A stretch of DNA of 63,515 bases, counting the filler, from Octopus bimaculoides (Eukaryota), in NCBI RefSeq assembly GCF_001194135.2. It is 5 parts of 4 records of this genome, joined end to end, with 100 filler letters (N's around TTAATTAATTAA, not from the genome) between each part and the next. Parts side by side here need not be neighbours in the genome. Positions count along the whole stretch, not along the records: positions 1 to 31,269 come from NC_068987.1; positions 31,370 to 56,517 come from NC_068994.1; 3 more parts are not named here. One strand, given 5' to 3'. The notes beneath the pieces were generated by a model that saw only the letters and a list, made by a program, of their open reading frames with translations, did not search any database and was not told where the DNA came from. Below are positions 23,609-37,636 of this stretch, one piece after another. Every line of letters starts with the position of its first letter. Positions within the stretch are counted from its first letter, which is position 1. The position numbers and the translations under genes were made by a program.

Positions 23609-24321
23609 GGGACAGATGCAGGACGGGTTGATCGTTGTGTTGAATTAACATCCTTGCAAACTCCATTTTCCGTTTTCCCCTATTCATTATAAACTCAATG
23701 AACACTGCGAAATTCGTGTGGTAGATCCAGGAACACATATGAAAACTGTGGATGACATCAGGTAGACTAAACAATGAAAGGGCTTTAATCGACATGCTAC
23801 TAACCATATACCCAAATTCCAAATAATTACATATATACATATATACATATATTCCGTTTATATGTTTAAAATACAAAATGGCTGATAGTTAGCAAGGTGG
23901 GACACACATAAGAAAGAAGAAAGCAAAGGACCACTGATGAGGTCACAGAAGTGTGACGAAAAACTCTGGCCGAAATAGGATTAGTGTAATGTAATGTAAT
24001 ATAAAGCTGAAGCAAATTAACACCAAATATACAGTGCGTGTGTTTTTATTGGCTAAACTGGCAATATGACCATCCCCAAGTACAACAACATATATACATA
24101 TATATATTTCTCTAAATTCTTGTGTGTGTGTGGCTGTATGTGTATGACAATCATGGAACCAGTGGATTCTCGTGATTTCTTTTGTATTTATTCCTTTTAT
24201 ATAAAAACCGTAAACTGGCTCAAAAGTGTTCATTGAGTTTATAATGAATGGGGGAAAGGGAAAATGGAGTTTGCAAGGATGTTAATTCAACACAACGATC
24301 AACCCATCCTGCATCTGTCCC
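23609..24321. mobile_element. Putative MITE with ~97-bp TIRs
   Basis: 23609-23706 (gggacagatgcaggacgggttgatcgttgtgttgaattaacatccttgcaaactccattttcc...) is a near-perfect reverse complement of 24225-24321. No clear TSD. Confidence 0.7.
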
Positions 24322-27300
24322 ATATCACGTCACATCTTCACGCTGATTGGTCGATTTATAGAATAGATCAATCACGTGAAACTCTAGTGGCTTACTCGTG
24401 ATCCTAAACTGAATTCTAAACTGATCCTAAACTGAATTCTCTTTCTGTATTCTAAGTTTTAATTTCTCTTGGGATCAACTTCACCTCTCTCTGCTTCGTA
24501 TGGAGGAGGGATTTAGATAAAACAGGCATCCTAAAGATAACGTAATCCACTATACTGATTCCTTATACATGTTGCTTCTTGCACTAACTTCCTTTTTTCT
24601 TCTTTACTTATCTAGGTATGCTATGTATCCATTTTAACCGGTAATGAAGGCGCTGGCAACTTAAAACAGCTACAAAGCAAGAATTGTAAAGCAATATAAA
24701 AATAAAGCATATTTGTTTGTAATTGGGTTCTCCGTGGTTTAGTTATTTTTTACCTTGTTACAATTTACTTTAAAACTTTTTGGTATTATGTGTGCGTGTG
24801 CGTGTTTGCGCGCGCGTGCATCGAGGACTACACATTATCTAAAGTATCCATCTCTTTTGAAAAAGATAAGGTGTAAATTTAAGATTTAGTCGGTTAAACG
24901 ATTACGTTACATGCTGTCTCATTGACTCATCTTGTACAGCAGAGATTTCCAATCTTTTTGTTTTCCAGCGCACTCCATCATCATGTCGGACATTGTCAGT
25001 GTACTTCCTCACCATATCGAACACTGTCGGCATACGCCCTTGTGAAGAATATCGTATAAAATGGCTCAATAGGAAAGATCAGACAATAAACATGTATTAT
25101 TTGTTATTACTTTAACTTAAAGAGTTCAATCAGCGCTGTGGTAGTCACGTACTTAGGTCAATATAATTGATTGCCCTCGCCCACTATATTTCTGGTCATG
25201 TGCCTATGTAAAAGTTCGATTTAACCTAATTTGAAATTCTGACGTGTATGACATTTATAATGTGTACTCAAACATGGAATGGCACTAGCTATAAGATTTT
25301 AGCTCAGAGAAACATCTCGGAGAGACTTGTGTATTAGAGACACATTTTTAATGAGACGGATTAGCTCGGCTCTGTTTAACAAGTAACATATTTTCAGAAA
25401 CAGATCAGGGTGTACCCATGTAGCCTTTCTTGTTCTTCCGATGATGTCCCCAAATGTAAGGACCGATGCCACTCGGTACCAGTGTCGTCACATACGAACT
25501 TAGAAATGGAGTATCCAGACAAAAACTGCAACGCACTTTGTCCAAACCCCACCCCACCACCACCACATCAAGGATGAGCGGTGAAGTTGACTTTATAGGA
25601 CTTGAGAGTAGGAGAAAATGCCGTAAGGCGTCTTATTCCAACGCTTTGGCAATTCTTCCAGTCACTTACTTTGATAATTCTAACCAGAGGTACAAACAAA
25701 AATATATATTGACAGATCCCCATTACATATGTTCAGGAAATTTACAAACATTTTCACAGAATTGATGCGTAACGAATTGTTGGAGATGCCTGGAGTGATT
25801 TGTCACAGCATAATTAACAAGCTGGTGCTAGATGATGCTCAAGTGCGAAAACGAAAACGAAAAAGAAAGAATCGTTCGTGCTTCGTTTGATTACAAAATG
25901 GTAAAAACAACAGCGTTTGATTAAATCATGTGTGATATAAAAATAAAGAAAATACTCCATGGAATGGAAAGTTGGATCAGTAACGTAGCGCGAATTTAGA
26001 TCACCCAGTGCAACTCCTTTCCTGGATTGGCAACTCCTTTCTGTAAACGTAACAGCAAACACAAGTGGCTTCTCCCTTCCTTAAACGTGATCGTCTTTTG
26101 CCTACAACAAACATATACAGATAACATGACCGTCCATTTCCTTAAACGACATTAAACATACATACATATATAAAGTGGCTGTCTTGTACTGAGTAAGACA
26201 GCAATAACAATGCTAATTTGTTTTAGCCAAGTGTATATTGGAAGGCCGCATTGAATTGTATGCAATCTAATAAAGAAAATTGCTCCTAAATATACAATTA
26301 AAATGGCATTAGATTTATTTCACGAACAATGTAATTTTACGTAATTAAAATTTATTGACTAACAACTTTATACCCGCGCTGACTTTATCGCACTATCTGA
26401 CTGTATTAGATGCACTATAATCGTATGGACAATAAACCAACCCCATATGAATATGCTTATATAAGTTATTTTCTGTAAATGACTGAAATATTTGTTTTCG
26501 CCCTTGTTTTCTCCTTGCTCTTTAATGAATAGATAACCCGATTTAGTCGGAGGAATTACCCAGAGAAATTGTCTAAGATTGTTAGATCTGACGAAAAATT
26601 CTTCATATTTACTGTAGCTATCATCTCGATATTTCTATTGATTAAAATTATTAAAAACAGAAATCTATAGAATAGTATTAAGGCATATTAATTATTTTAG
26701 ACATGTTAAAATTATTACAAAAAAGCAAAATTATTTTGAATTTAAATAATAAATTTCGAATAGATCTATATTGAAAATCATGTTCGTTTTCTTGTGTATG
26801 AAAACGAACCCAATTTATTTGCATTATTAATATCGTTGAAATGTGTTTTGATTATCACTATCTCCTATTTCTGTTCGGTTTCAGTTACTTTACAGTTCTT
26901 CTTTTACATGGTTTAGTCAAAGAAAGGACAGCGCCCATAATCTCTTTTCAGTACCTTCTAGACAGATGAGATAAAGGTTGGAAGTTGCTCTCAAGTCGGA
27001 GGTTTGGCTCAAAAGTTTATAATAGAGTGGATTCTGCTAAAGGCTACCAAACGGCATGTGGAGGTGTTAAACCAAGCGACCGGTTAAACCCACCACACAA
27101 AAAACAGGAACTATCCTTCCAATGGATTTTCACATAGCCTCTGTCGAGCAAATTTCACGCATTAGACTTTGGTCGACTGAATGCTATGGTGCAACACAAT
27201 TATCCGAAGCACCACGCAGTTTATTTGAACCCGAAACCGTGATGTTGCGAAGTAAGCTGCTTAACCACACAACTATGCCAGCACCTATAACTAATATCTA

Positions 27301-29268
27301 GTCTTGAGAAATAAAATCTATAAATTTTACAACTTACCGTTAATGTCTTCCAAACATTTAAAGACATAATTAGAGGCTTATTTTGACAATGATAGTCAGC
27401 CTTATATTTTCAGAAGAATGGTTTATTTATATTCATCATTGTTTAAATTGATGCATTGAACAACATCCTTCAGTAGCGGTAATAGGCCAAAAATCTTAAT
27501 TGTTTTCTAACAAATTGCTAAACTTTAAAACTCCTTTTATTCAATACTCGAAGGAGAAAACGATGATGCACATATAAGTAAAAGAATCAGTTACAGTTTG
27601 GAAAAGTAATCCGGTTATCCAGAATGTCCTGCTCCAGGTACTCGTGGTTAAACGAATGAGAAACAAAGCGCCTCTGGATAAAACAATAGTTTCCCAACAG
27701 ATAAAACTTCTACATGAAAATAGTCAATATTCTCCAATTGAATTAAGTCGATAATGTAGTTTAGCCAGAGGTCAATAAAGCAGATCTCTGATCAAATGGT
27801 TCCAATGACATCTAATATCTTTTTCTTCAAACGTACTATAATCTAAGATTAGGTTATCGAGTGTGCCCTTCATTTAGTAAATATATACTGTTACACTTGT
27901 CTCGTTAGATGGTTGTAAACTCTGATTGGCGAACTTTCGGAATAGCTAGCAATACTTCATAGAGAAGAAAAAGGGCAAGGCATCGGATTGTTGTTTCCGT
28001 CTGAGAAAAGAAATTTTCGTCCAAAAGACTTCATTTTTTTTACACTTTTGCGCCACCACCAATTCTGTAAACTTTTCAGGTAGATTTTTACATATATACA
28101 CTTGTCTCACGACACAGGTATAATAATAATAAAAAAATACTCTTCATTTTTTAAAAGGTTACGGTACGATTTGAGTAAGATTTTGCTGCTATGTTAAAAC
28201 TGATCGAATAACCATGCAGAACGGCAGGGAAGAACGAACTTGCATTCAAATGTGAAAAGCTTTGCTGAATAAGTTCCTTAAATCGTGGATGACAAAAAAT
28301 GCTACTGGCCTAATAAGGCCAAAGCAGATATTTAATGTCACATATCTAAGAATTTGTAAAATTAACGATTTAATATTTTTTTCGACAAAGATGCACCCGA
28401 AGCGTTTTTATGTACTTGCAGTTTGCTCTGTTCTAAAAAGGTTGTCCCTAGCTCATAAGCTCCCACCCTGGCTCAAGATGAGCTAGTTGTTTGACCCCAC
28501 CAAATGATCTCTAGTTAAGCAAATATATAATTAAAAAACATTCTAGTCTTATCTAACCTGTACGACAGATGTCATTTTCAAGGACATTTGTTTGTTACTT
28601 CAAACAGGTCGGGCGACCATGTGCGGGTTCTCTTTGTTAAAAAAAAATCACGTTGAATTGTGTGCTGTCTAGACAAACCTAAACATCTGCTGCAGTGGGG
28701 GTCAGGATAAATTATTTTACTGCCCAATATATTCTCGACCATTTCTCTTCTAACTTCGTTGTTAAGTACTCATAAAAAAATTTACTGTTGCTTGTAGACT
28801 TAAAGAACTAGTATCATTGTTTTACGATTTCTTAGCTATTATTGGCAGTAGAGAGATAAATTTCTAAGCAGTGGTTGATTTATATATATATATAATGCCA
28901 GTTAACAATCATTCTTAACAGGGAGATATTAACTACTTGGAGAGAGTTGGAACAGAAACTTAATATTTTTAAGCTCAATATTTTTCACATCATACAGTGA
29001 ATATTGGGAAAAAGAGATAGCTTTAGAAAAATAGAAAACAAATTCTTGTTTAGATGTAAGTTAACATGAATTCTAAGGAATGACTAATGACATCAGCAGA
29101 ATTCATAGCAGCGTTTGTTTATGAATTTTATAGTATTGTCAATATTACATACATTCGTACAGTAGAATCCAAGGAAACCAAGAATTCTTTCGTTGAGTAA
29201 ATTCAGTGTCGTCAAACGGAACGTTAAAATTAAGATTTCATCCATATCATTTTTTTATATAGGTTTTA

Positions 29269-29635
29269 ATGGTAGTTCTTGTAGTTGTGTTTCTTCATAA
29301 ATTTGCAAATATGAAAATTTTGCAGTCCAGTTGCATAACATTGTTGTCGATGCTTTGTATTTTACCAATGATTATACTGTCTTCTACTGATGAAACATAC
29401 GAAACGGAACGCCGTGAAATCATAAACAAGGAAAACGACCAGCGTTTTGGATCGCATTTGACTTTGAACCGCGACGAAAGGCAAGTAAATGATTATTTGA
29501 TGAAGTTAAAAGACCGAGAGATGAAACTATACGAATCAGGAGTGGAAATGTACCCCTCATCCATGTTATTTACTGATGCCAAAAAGCAAATTGATCGGAG
29601 CAAAATCTTTCATTTTCTCCAGAAGATGCCTAAAG
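29269..29635 (+). CDS. ADA2: Adenosine deaminase 2 / ADGF (CECR1-like), N-terminal coding exon with signal peptide
   Basis: Acceptor tttttttatatag ending 29262, donor AAG|GTGAG at 29635/29636. Peptide ...RFGSHLTLNRDERQVNDYLMKLKDREM...YPSSMLFTDAKKQIDRSKIFHFLQKMPKG matches the ADGF N-terminal domain ending in MPKG. The start may be ATG 29311. Confidence 0.9.
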
Positions 29636-29940
29636 GTGAGCAACATCATTTATTTCTAAATAATTTTAGTTTGTTTTTATGGAAGTTCACTGTTTTTATG
29701 GAAGTTCACTAAATAATTTTAGTTTGTTTTTATGGAAGATACGGGATCAGTGACATTCACCTTGGCAAGCTATCTCGTAGTTGTTAAGATCAATGCAACC
29801 AATGTTCAGTCCAAACATTTACAGTTCAACGTCTACTTGAAAGAAAATGGATACAAAGGGAACTCTGTGGGTGTGTGGGTGTATTTGAGTGTATGTATAT
29901 GTGTGTTTATCTTTGTGCTTGTGTTTGTTCCCCCACCATC

Positions 29941-31090
29941 GCCATTTTATAATTTTCATTTTGCGCATGCAAATTTTTTTCTTTTGATTTTGTCGACTGC
30001 GCCGTCTGTGAGCAAAAACAGCATTATGACGCAATTCACTCTGTCAGAAAATTTTGGAAACGACATGTGTACTATTTAGCATTTGTGCCGGAAGCTCCAA
30101 TGCAAACATTTCAGAGAGTTTGGGTGTCAACCTGAGGAAAGAGTTGGATGAGTCTAATGATGATATTACGAAGTCACGGCAGCTCAGAAAATTCACTCTG
30201 ATTGCTCTGATTAGAAAAGAACTCCTGAAATTTTTGGTGAGATCCAGGCCATGATTGACAACGATCCCACCAAGTCAATCAGGCCCATCGCCAGAGACAT
30301 GTGTGTGTCTGAATTTATTATCAGGCAGGTAGAGCACGAACACATTCGGTATTCCTCGTACAAGATGAGAAAGGGCCAATTTTTATCCCAAGCCATCAAG
30401 GACAAGAGGAAATGCCGCGCTACGAAGCTTTTGAACAAACTCAAGCATCCCCTTCAACCGAACATGCTTTGGTTTTGCTCAGACGAGAAAAAATTCTGTT
30501 AGGATCAGATGATGAACACACGGAACAACCGTTGGCTTACCGTGTTCCCATAACATGTACTGAGAATGATAAAAATCAAACATCCAGTTAACATCATGGT
30601 GTTTGGAGTGATCACTAGTGATGGCGACGTTATGCCTCCATTCATCTTCCCACACGGCCTCAGATTCAACGCGGAAGGCCTACGTCAAGTGCCTGGAGGA
30701 GATAGTGCAGCTCTGGATGAAGCGGGTGACTGCTGGAAGACCCTGTGTCTTGCAACAGGACTCTGCACCATGCCACACAAGCAGGAGAAGCCAGTCATGG
30801 CTGTCAGACAATTTCAGCGGCCACATCACCCCTAACATCTGGCCACCTAACTCTCCAGATTGCAACCCCCTTGATTATTATGTGTGGGGCGCAGTTGAGC
30901 AAGAAATCAATAAAATCCTTGTAACACCAAAGATGAACTGAAGGCAAGGATTATGGCAGTATTCACCAACTTAAACAAAGAGACTGTCCAGAAGAGTTGC
31001 AGGTGATTCCGAAGCTATCTGGAGGCCGTGATTGAAGCCAATGACGATTTTATTGAATAAATTTACTCTTTAGTATTTCAAGATTTTTTT
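29941..31090 (+). mobile_element. maT-type (DD37D) Tc1/mariner transposon, decayed; transposase remnant 30026-31060
   Basis: WFCSDEK ... QQDSAPCH ... WPPNSPDCNPLDYYVWG, with 37 residues between the second and third catalytic Asp. Stops and frameshifts present. Confidence 0.88.
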
Positions 31091-31313
31091 TTTCAAGTCA
31101 GTTAACCCAAAAATTTCATAGAAACCAGTAAATGTTTAAAAGTTTCCATTGTTTTCAAATTTTAGTTAATTGCGTTTCACTTGAATTTTTTTTTCTTTCT
31201 TTCTTTTTTACCCTTTTCTGGCTCTAAAAGCCTTTAAAAACCTACAAAAGGGCCAAAACTATGAAATCANNNNNNNNNNNNNNNNNNNNNNNNNNNNNNN
31301 NNNNNNNNNNNNN

Positions 31314-31325
31314 TTAATTAATTAA
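31314..31325. other. Artificial TTAATTAATTAA linker inside N-run (also at 56562-56573, 60883-60894, 62305-62316)
   Basis: Identical palindromic 12-mer with stops in all six frames, centred in short N spacers four times. Confidence 0.9.
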
Positions 31326-31434
31326 NNNNNNNNNNNNNNNNNNNNNNNNNNNNNNNNNNNNNNNNNNNNCTGACAATATTCTGTTGTCTATTTGAAGTCA
31401 GAAAGAAGTGCGGACATCAACAAGTTGCAAGAGA

Positions 31435-31484
<50 letters not shown>

Positions 31485-31629
31485 TCGCGCGTTTGTAAAA
31501 TTGAATGTGCGTACGTGTCTAGATGCATGCGTGTCTCTGTGCCAATTTATTAATATTTATTTACTGCAGAGTAGTCAGTTAACTACAACAGAGTATTCTT
31601 AGATATGTAAACATAAACACAATTTCTAG

Positions 31630-31714
31630 GATGGAATTCAGATTAAGCAAGTTGAGGAGTGGCTGGAGGATGAAGCAGTATTGTCAGATGTAATTCAAAG
31701 AGCTGGAAAATTAG
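31630..31714 (+). CDS. Candidate internal exon, unknown protein (DGIQIKQVEEWLEDEAVLSDVIQRAGKL)
   Basis: tttctag acceptor, TAG|GTAAGG donor, open frame, purine-rich island within AT/microsatellite DNA. Confidence 0.4.
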
Positions 31715-32607
31715 GTAAGGTAGGTAGGTAGGTCGGTCGGTTTCAGTGAATGATCAAGTTACATCAAAGAAACTAGGCCACAGCAGTTCACTCTAGATTA
31801 CACACACACACACATAGGTATGTATGTATGTATGTATGTATGTATGTATGTATGTATGCATGTATGTATGTATATATATATGTATATATATATGTATGTA
31901 TGTATGTATGTGTGTGTATATATATATATATGTATGTATATATAAATATATATACATATATATATNNNNNNNNNNNNNNNNNNNNNNNNNNNNNNNNNNN
32001 NNNNNNNNNNNNNNNNNNNNNNNNNNNNNNNNNNNNNNNNNNNNNNNNNNNNNNNNNNNNNNNNNNNNNNNNNNNNNNNNNNNNNNNNNNNNNNNNNNNN
32101 NNNNNNNNNNNNNNNNNNNNNNNNNNNNNNNNNNNNNNNNNNNNNNNNNNNNNNNNNNNNNNNNNNNNNNNNNNNNNNNNNNNNNNNNNNNNNNNNNNNN
32201 NNNNNNNNNNNNNNNNNNNNNNNNNNNNNNNNNNNNNNNNNNNNNNNNNNNNNNNNNNNNNNNNNNNNNNNNNNNNNNNNNNNNNNNNNNNNNNNNNNNN
32301 NNNNNNNNNNNNNNNNNNNNNNNNNNNNNNNNNNNNNNNNNNNNNNNNNNNNNNNNNNNNNNNNNNNNNNNNNNNNNNNNNNNNNNNNNNNNNNNNNNNN
32401 NNNNNNNNNNNNNNNNNNNNNNNNNNNNNNNNNNNNNNNNNNNNNNNNNNNNNNNNNNNNNNNNNNNNNNNNNNNNNNNNNNNNNNNNNNNNNNNNNNNN
32501 NNNNNNNNNNNNNNNNNNNNNNNNNNNNNNNNNNNNNNNNNNNNNNNNNNNNNNNNNNNNNNNNNNNNNNNNNNNNNNNNNNNNNNNNNNNNNNNNNNNN
32601 NNNNNNN

Positions 32608-32640
<33 letters not shown>

Positions 32641-34052
32641 TATATATATACACACACACATGTGTGTGTGTATGTATGTATGTACATATATACACTTAAA
32701 CTTTCAAGAGAAAGAGTTCTTTCTCGTTTGTGTGAATGACTTGCAGATTATCCACTACTCCCAGCCTACTTTCCAGTAGTGTTATATAAACATTATAAGA
32801 ATAACAACAAAGATTTGCCAATGGCACGTGCAATGTCAACTGATGAGAAAAGCTGGGCGGGGTGAAATGGGACAGGATAGTCAAAGCCAAGATTGATGAA
32901 ACCCGCACCTGGTAGGAAAAAACATGCACAGAGAGGGAATTCCTAGGGAATTGGCATTCCGGAAATGGAGTGCATGTAGCAGTTATAATGTAGAACCAGA
33001 AGCCTTGGAAAAAGGGTGGGTATAGTATGAATGATGATAAGAGAGAGCAATGAGTCAGTTGTGTCTTAGTGGAGACAGTATGAGAAAGCCAGCTCAGAGG
33101 AGCAGAAGCAACAGTTGTGGTGGTGGTGGTGGTGGTGGTTGTTGTTTTTGTGCAGTGTCCATATTCCATGCTGGCATGTGTTGGATGGTTTGTCAAGATC
33201 CAACAGGTCAGAGAGCTGTGCTAAGCCTCAATGTCTGTTTTGACGTGGTTTCTTCAGCTGGAAGCCCTTTTTACTGTCTAAACTTAAGAATACACTTTGG
33301 AATAATTAATTTACCAATCTTACCAATATCTGATATAGATGGGCAAGTTAACCTTACTCATGGATTAATGTTAAAATGAGGTTAATGATTTCTTTAAGTT
33401 AATTCTGGATGTTTTGGGTGTATAAGATTCAGTTGAATTGTTCACTTCTAAATATTCAACTGTTATTCACAATTAAGTTAATGTTAAGTTTTCCGCAGAA
33501 ATTATTCCATTTTTATTCTTGTTGTCTTATACTCTGAATTTCTTGAAATTTTCCCAAGCAACTGACTCCAAGCTTAAAAATTTTTAAACTATCTTAATTT
33601 TAATTTTTATTCGTCCTTCTCTTCCTCCTCTTCATTATCATCAACACCACCACCATTACCATCACCACCACCACCACAATCATCATCATTATTATCATAT
33701 CAACATTCACTTTCCATGGAATCTGTTGCAGTAGATTTTCTAGGGTCAGATGCTCTTCCTATCACCAACCTTCACCTGTTTCCAAGGCACCAGACAGTGA
33801 AAGTAAATCCTGAAATTAGATGGTTGCTAAGCAAATCTCTTCAGCACACAGCCATACCCAAACCTATAGGATACTTATTAATGTGAGCACTGGATGATGT
33901 AAGTTCTATTTTTTTTTTTAGTGCTTAGTCATAGAGGGAAGGGCAATGTTCATGATCTTTGGCATGGCTTCTGAGACTGATAGAGAGCGAATGGGAGGAA
34001 GGAACCATGATTCATGGCTTCATGAAGTTGGAAGCAATATATTTATTCTTAG

Positions 34053-34119
34053 TTGGCAGAGCTGGTTTAAATGCTGGCCAAAAGACAGATTCCATTAAAA
34101 ACACCCAAGAACCAGGAAA
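34053..34119 (+). CDS. Candidate internal exon (VGRAGLNAGQKTDSIKNTQEPG), phase 1 to 2
   Basis: tttattcttag acceptor, AA|GTAAGT donor, phase-compatible with 31630-31714. Confidence 0.3.
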
Positions 34120-34487
34120 GTAAGTGTTCGAGGACTGAAGTAAATCCTCTAGGGAAGAATTTAGAGAAAATTAGATTACATACTCTTACTCTTTACTCTT
34201 TTACTTGTTTCAGTCATTTGACTGCGGCCATGCTGGAGCACCGCCTTTAGTCAAGCAAATCGACCCCAGGACTCATTCTTTGGAAGCCTAGTACTTATTC
34301 TATCGGTCTCTTTTGCCGAACCGCTAAGTTATGGGATGTAAACACACCAGCATCAGTTGTCAAGCAANNNNNNNNNNNNNNNNNNNNNNNNNNNNNNNNN
34401 NNNNNNNNNNNNNNNNNNNNNNNNNNNNNNNNNNNNNNNNNNNNNNNNNNNNNNNNNNNNNNNNNNNNNNNNNNNNNNNNNNNNNNN

Positions 34488-34523
<36 letters not shown>

Positions 34524-36003
34524 TTATATAAGACGGGCTTCTTTCAGTTTCCGTCTACCAAATCCACTCACAAGGCCTTGGCCAGCCCAACACTATAGCA
34601 GAAGACACTTGCCCAAGGTGCCACGCAGTGGAAATGAACCCGGAACCATGTGGTTGGTAAGCAAACTACTTACCACACAGCCACTCCTGCACCTATATGT
34701 TGGGCTTTTCAGATAATTCGGTGCAGTATTGAGATGTGGATCAGAAGAGGGTCTTTTGCAGATCTACCCACTGCTAATGATAACAATAAAGAGTAAAACT
34801 GCTGTCAAAACAATGATGATGATGGTGGTGGTGGTGGTGATAAAATAGTCTTGGGGAAATCACATAAGGAACATGGGAGTTGGTATGTCATAGTTTGATC
34901 CAACAGAAATAACAATTAAATCTGCCAGCCCTCAAAATGTATCCCACCATTTTCAAAAGAAGGGAAAAAACACACGAAAGTGAAGAAGAACACACGTTAG
35001 ATAATGTAGCTTTAGTTTTTGGCACTCCGTTGCTTACGACGTCGAGGGTTCCAGTTGATCTGATCAACGGAACAGCCTGCTCGTGAAATTAACATGCAAG
35101 TAGCTGAGCACTCCACAGACACGTGTACCCTTAACATAGTTCTCGGGGATATTCAGCGTGACACAGTGTGACAAGGCTGACCCTTTGAATTACAGGCACA
35201 ACAGAAACAGGAAGTAAGAGTGAGAGAAAGTTGCTTCCCAACCACATAGTTCTGGGTTCAGCCCCATTGTGGGGTTAAGTGTCTTCTACTATAGTCTTGG
35301 GCCAATCAAAGCCTTGCTAGTGAATTTGGTAGATGAAAACTGAAAGCCTGTCATGTGTGTGTGTGTGTGTGTGTATTTATGTATGTGTGTGCGTCATTGT
35401 GTCTGTGTTTGTCCCCCATCACTGCTTGGCAATTGATGTTGGTGTGTTTACATCCCTGTAATCTAGCAGTTCAGCAAAAGAGACCAATAGAATAAGTACT
35501 TGGCTTAAAAAGAAATAAAAAGTCCCAGGGTTGATTAATTTGACTGAAACTCTTCAAGGTGGTGCTCCAGTATGGCAGCAGTCAACTGACTAAAACAAGA
35601 AAAAGATAAAGGATAAAAATAGCCAGTCATGGATGTTGGATAATGACCTAAAGAGTATGACTGTGAATATAAGTGGCCAAAATGGAGTTCCCCTGAGGGT
35701 TCTCTGGGGTAATGTTACTCAAGAGGGTGCATAGCTTGGAGATTAGGGTCAAGCCACTACTTCTAGATATTGAGAAGTCACAGGAGTTGAAAAAGTAACA
35801 GGATCAAAACAAAAGGAAAACAGCAAACAAAAGTACGTAGGATCAGGCATAGCTGTGTGGTTAAGAAACTCACTTTGCAACCATGTGATTTTAGGCTCAG
35901 TCCTACTGAACAGTGCTTTGGGTAAGCGTCATCTACTATGGCTCTGGACTGACCAATGCTTTGTGAGTGAATTTGGTAGATGGAAAGAGTGTGGAAGCCC
36001 ATC

Positions 36004-36073
<70 letters not shown>

Positions 36074-37636
36074 GTGTGTGCACATGCAGAGTTTGTCCCC
36101 ACCCTACACTTGGAAACTGATGTTGGTTTGTTCACATCCTTGTAACCGAGTGTTTCAGCAAAAGAGATTGATAGAATAAGAACCAGACTTGACAAAAAAA
36201 AAAAAAAAAGTACTGGGGTCAATTTGTTTGACAAAAACTCTTTAAGGCGGTGCTCCAGCATGGCTGCAGTCCAATGACTGAAACAAACAAAAGAGAAAGG
36301 CAAAAGTATAATATTAGTATTTTATAGAAAGAGTATGCTTGACATTTTGGACAATGATTCTTCAAAGAGAAAATATTTTATATTTTCATGATTTACTGTT
36401 TGTCTGTCTTATTTGTCTTTACATACGGACCTACTTATCTTACCTACTTACACTCACATAAACTATCATGAGAAAGAATTATTTTATCTGTAACAGGTGA
36501 GAATGACTTGCAGATTATTTATTCCTCATTCCTACAACTCTTTTGCATAATATTATACAGTACTGGACCAATTATCTGGCAAGCTTGGGATGAGAAGTGT
36601 CTTGGATTTCTGAATTTTTTTGGAGACAGTCTAAATACATAATTAGAATATAAAATAAACTATGAAATGTAATGAGCTAAATTACATTTATCAAATTCAA
36701 ATTAAAACACTTTTAAAGCAAGGGCTGTTTGACATTTATTAATCCACTTAAACTTCTTAAAAATGCATCAAAGTGTATCAGCTATACAGTATGATGTTTA
36801 TAGGATGAAAATTAAATGAAGGAAAGTAAAGATTATGATTTTATTTAACAGATATAGGTATAAATCAATACAATTTTAAATCAAAATACATTTAATCTTT
36901 ATCAGTCCACATACTAAAATAAAGAACAAAACACATCGTATGCAAGTTAGCCAACTTCAAAAACTGGATCTGTTTACTCAATACAGGGTACAGTATATTG
37001 CATGGTATTGTATAGTATTCCCGGATATCTGGAAGCCAGATAAGGTTCTTGTACTGTATAAACAACCTGAACAACAACAGTTGACTTTTGCTCTCGTACA
37101 TCTCTACCAGATTGTACTCTATGGTTTGGTCTTTATATTGAAGCTTGCTCCATTTGGAAGACTTTCAAGATGATGGTAAGATAACATAGTAGAACAATTT
37201 GGGCCCAAATTGAAGAGAGGGGTGCAATCAAGGGAAAAATGGTAGCACATTGTGACCAGTGATGAATTGGGACATTTGATAGCTTGTTTGATTAAAAAAA
37301 TAAATAAGAGAAATTGAAGCTTGCTCCTGTGGATCATGTAAAGAAAGTCTTTAATTAAACAGTTATGGAGCAGAACATGGACTGATCCTTACTTAAAAAT
37401 CACTAAGTTCAAGCAGGAAGAAAAACATTGTCATAATGGATAAATGACAAAAACAAAAGGATTATACTGTAAGTTGCAAACTTCACTCTACATGAAGGTA
37501 ATCACTTTCTTCCTCATGCTCTTCAGAAGTGAAGAATTGTCATTACAATGGACCAGAGCAGGGCAGGTGGAAAATGACTTAGATGAAAAGAAATGATAAA
37601 GAAGAACCTTGAGTCAACAGAAAGTGGAACAAGGCT

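Noticed and set aside
25716-26050. Gypsy-like RT fragment (EMPGVICHSII...WISNV)
   Set aside because: Only faint resemblance across stops; no YxDD or other core motif.
26380-26630. Minus-strand stop-free stretch KYRDDSYSKYEEFFVRSNNLRQFLW...
   Set aside because: Weak splice context, no partner exons and no recognisable homology.
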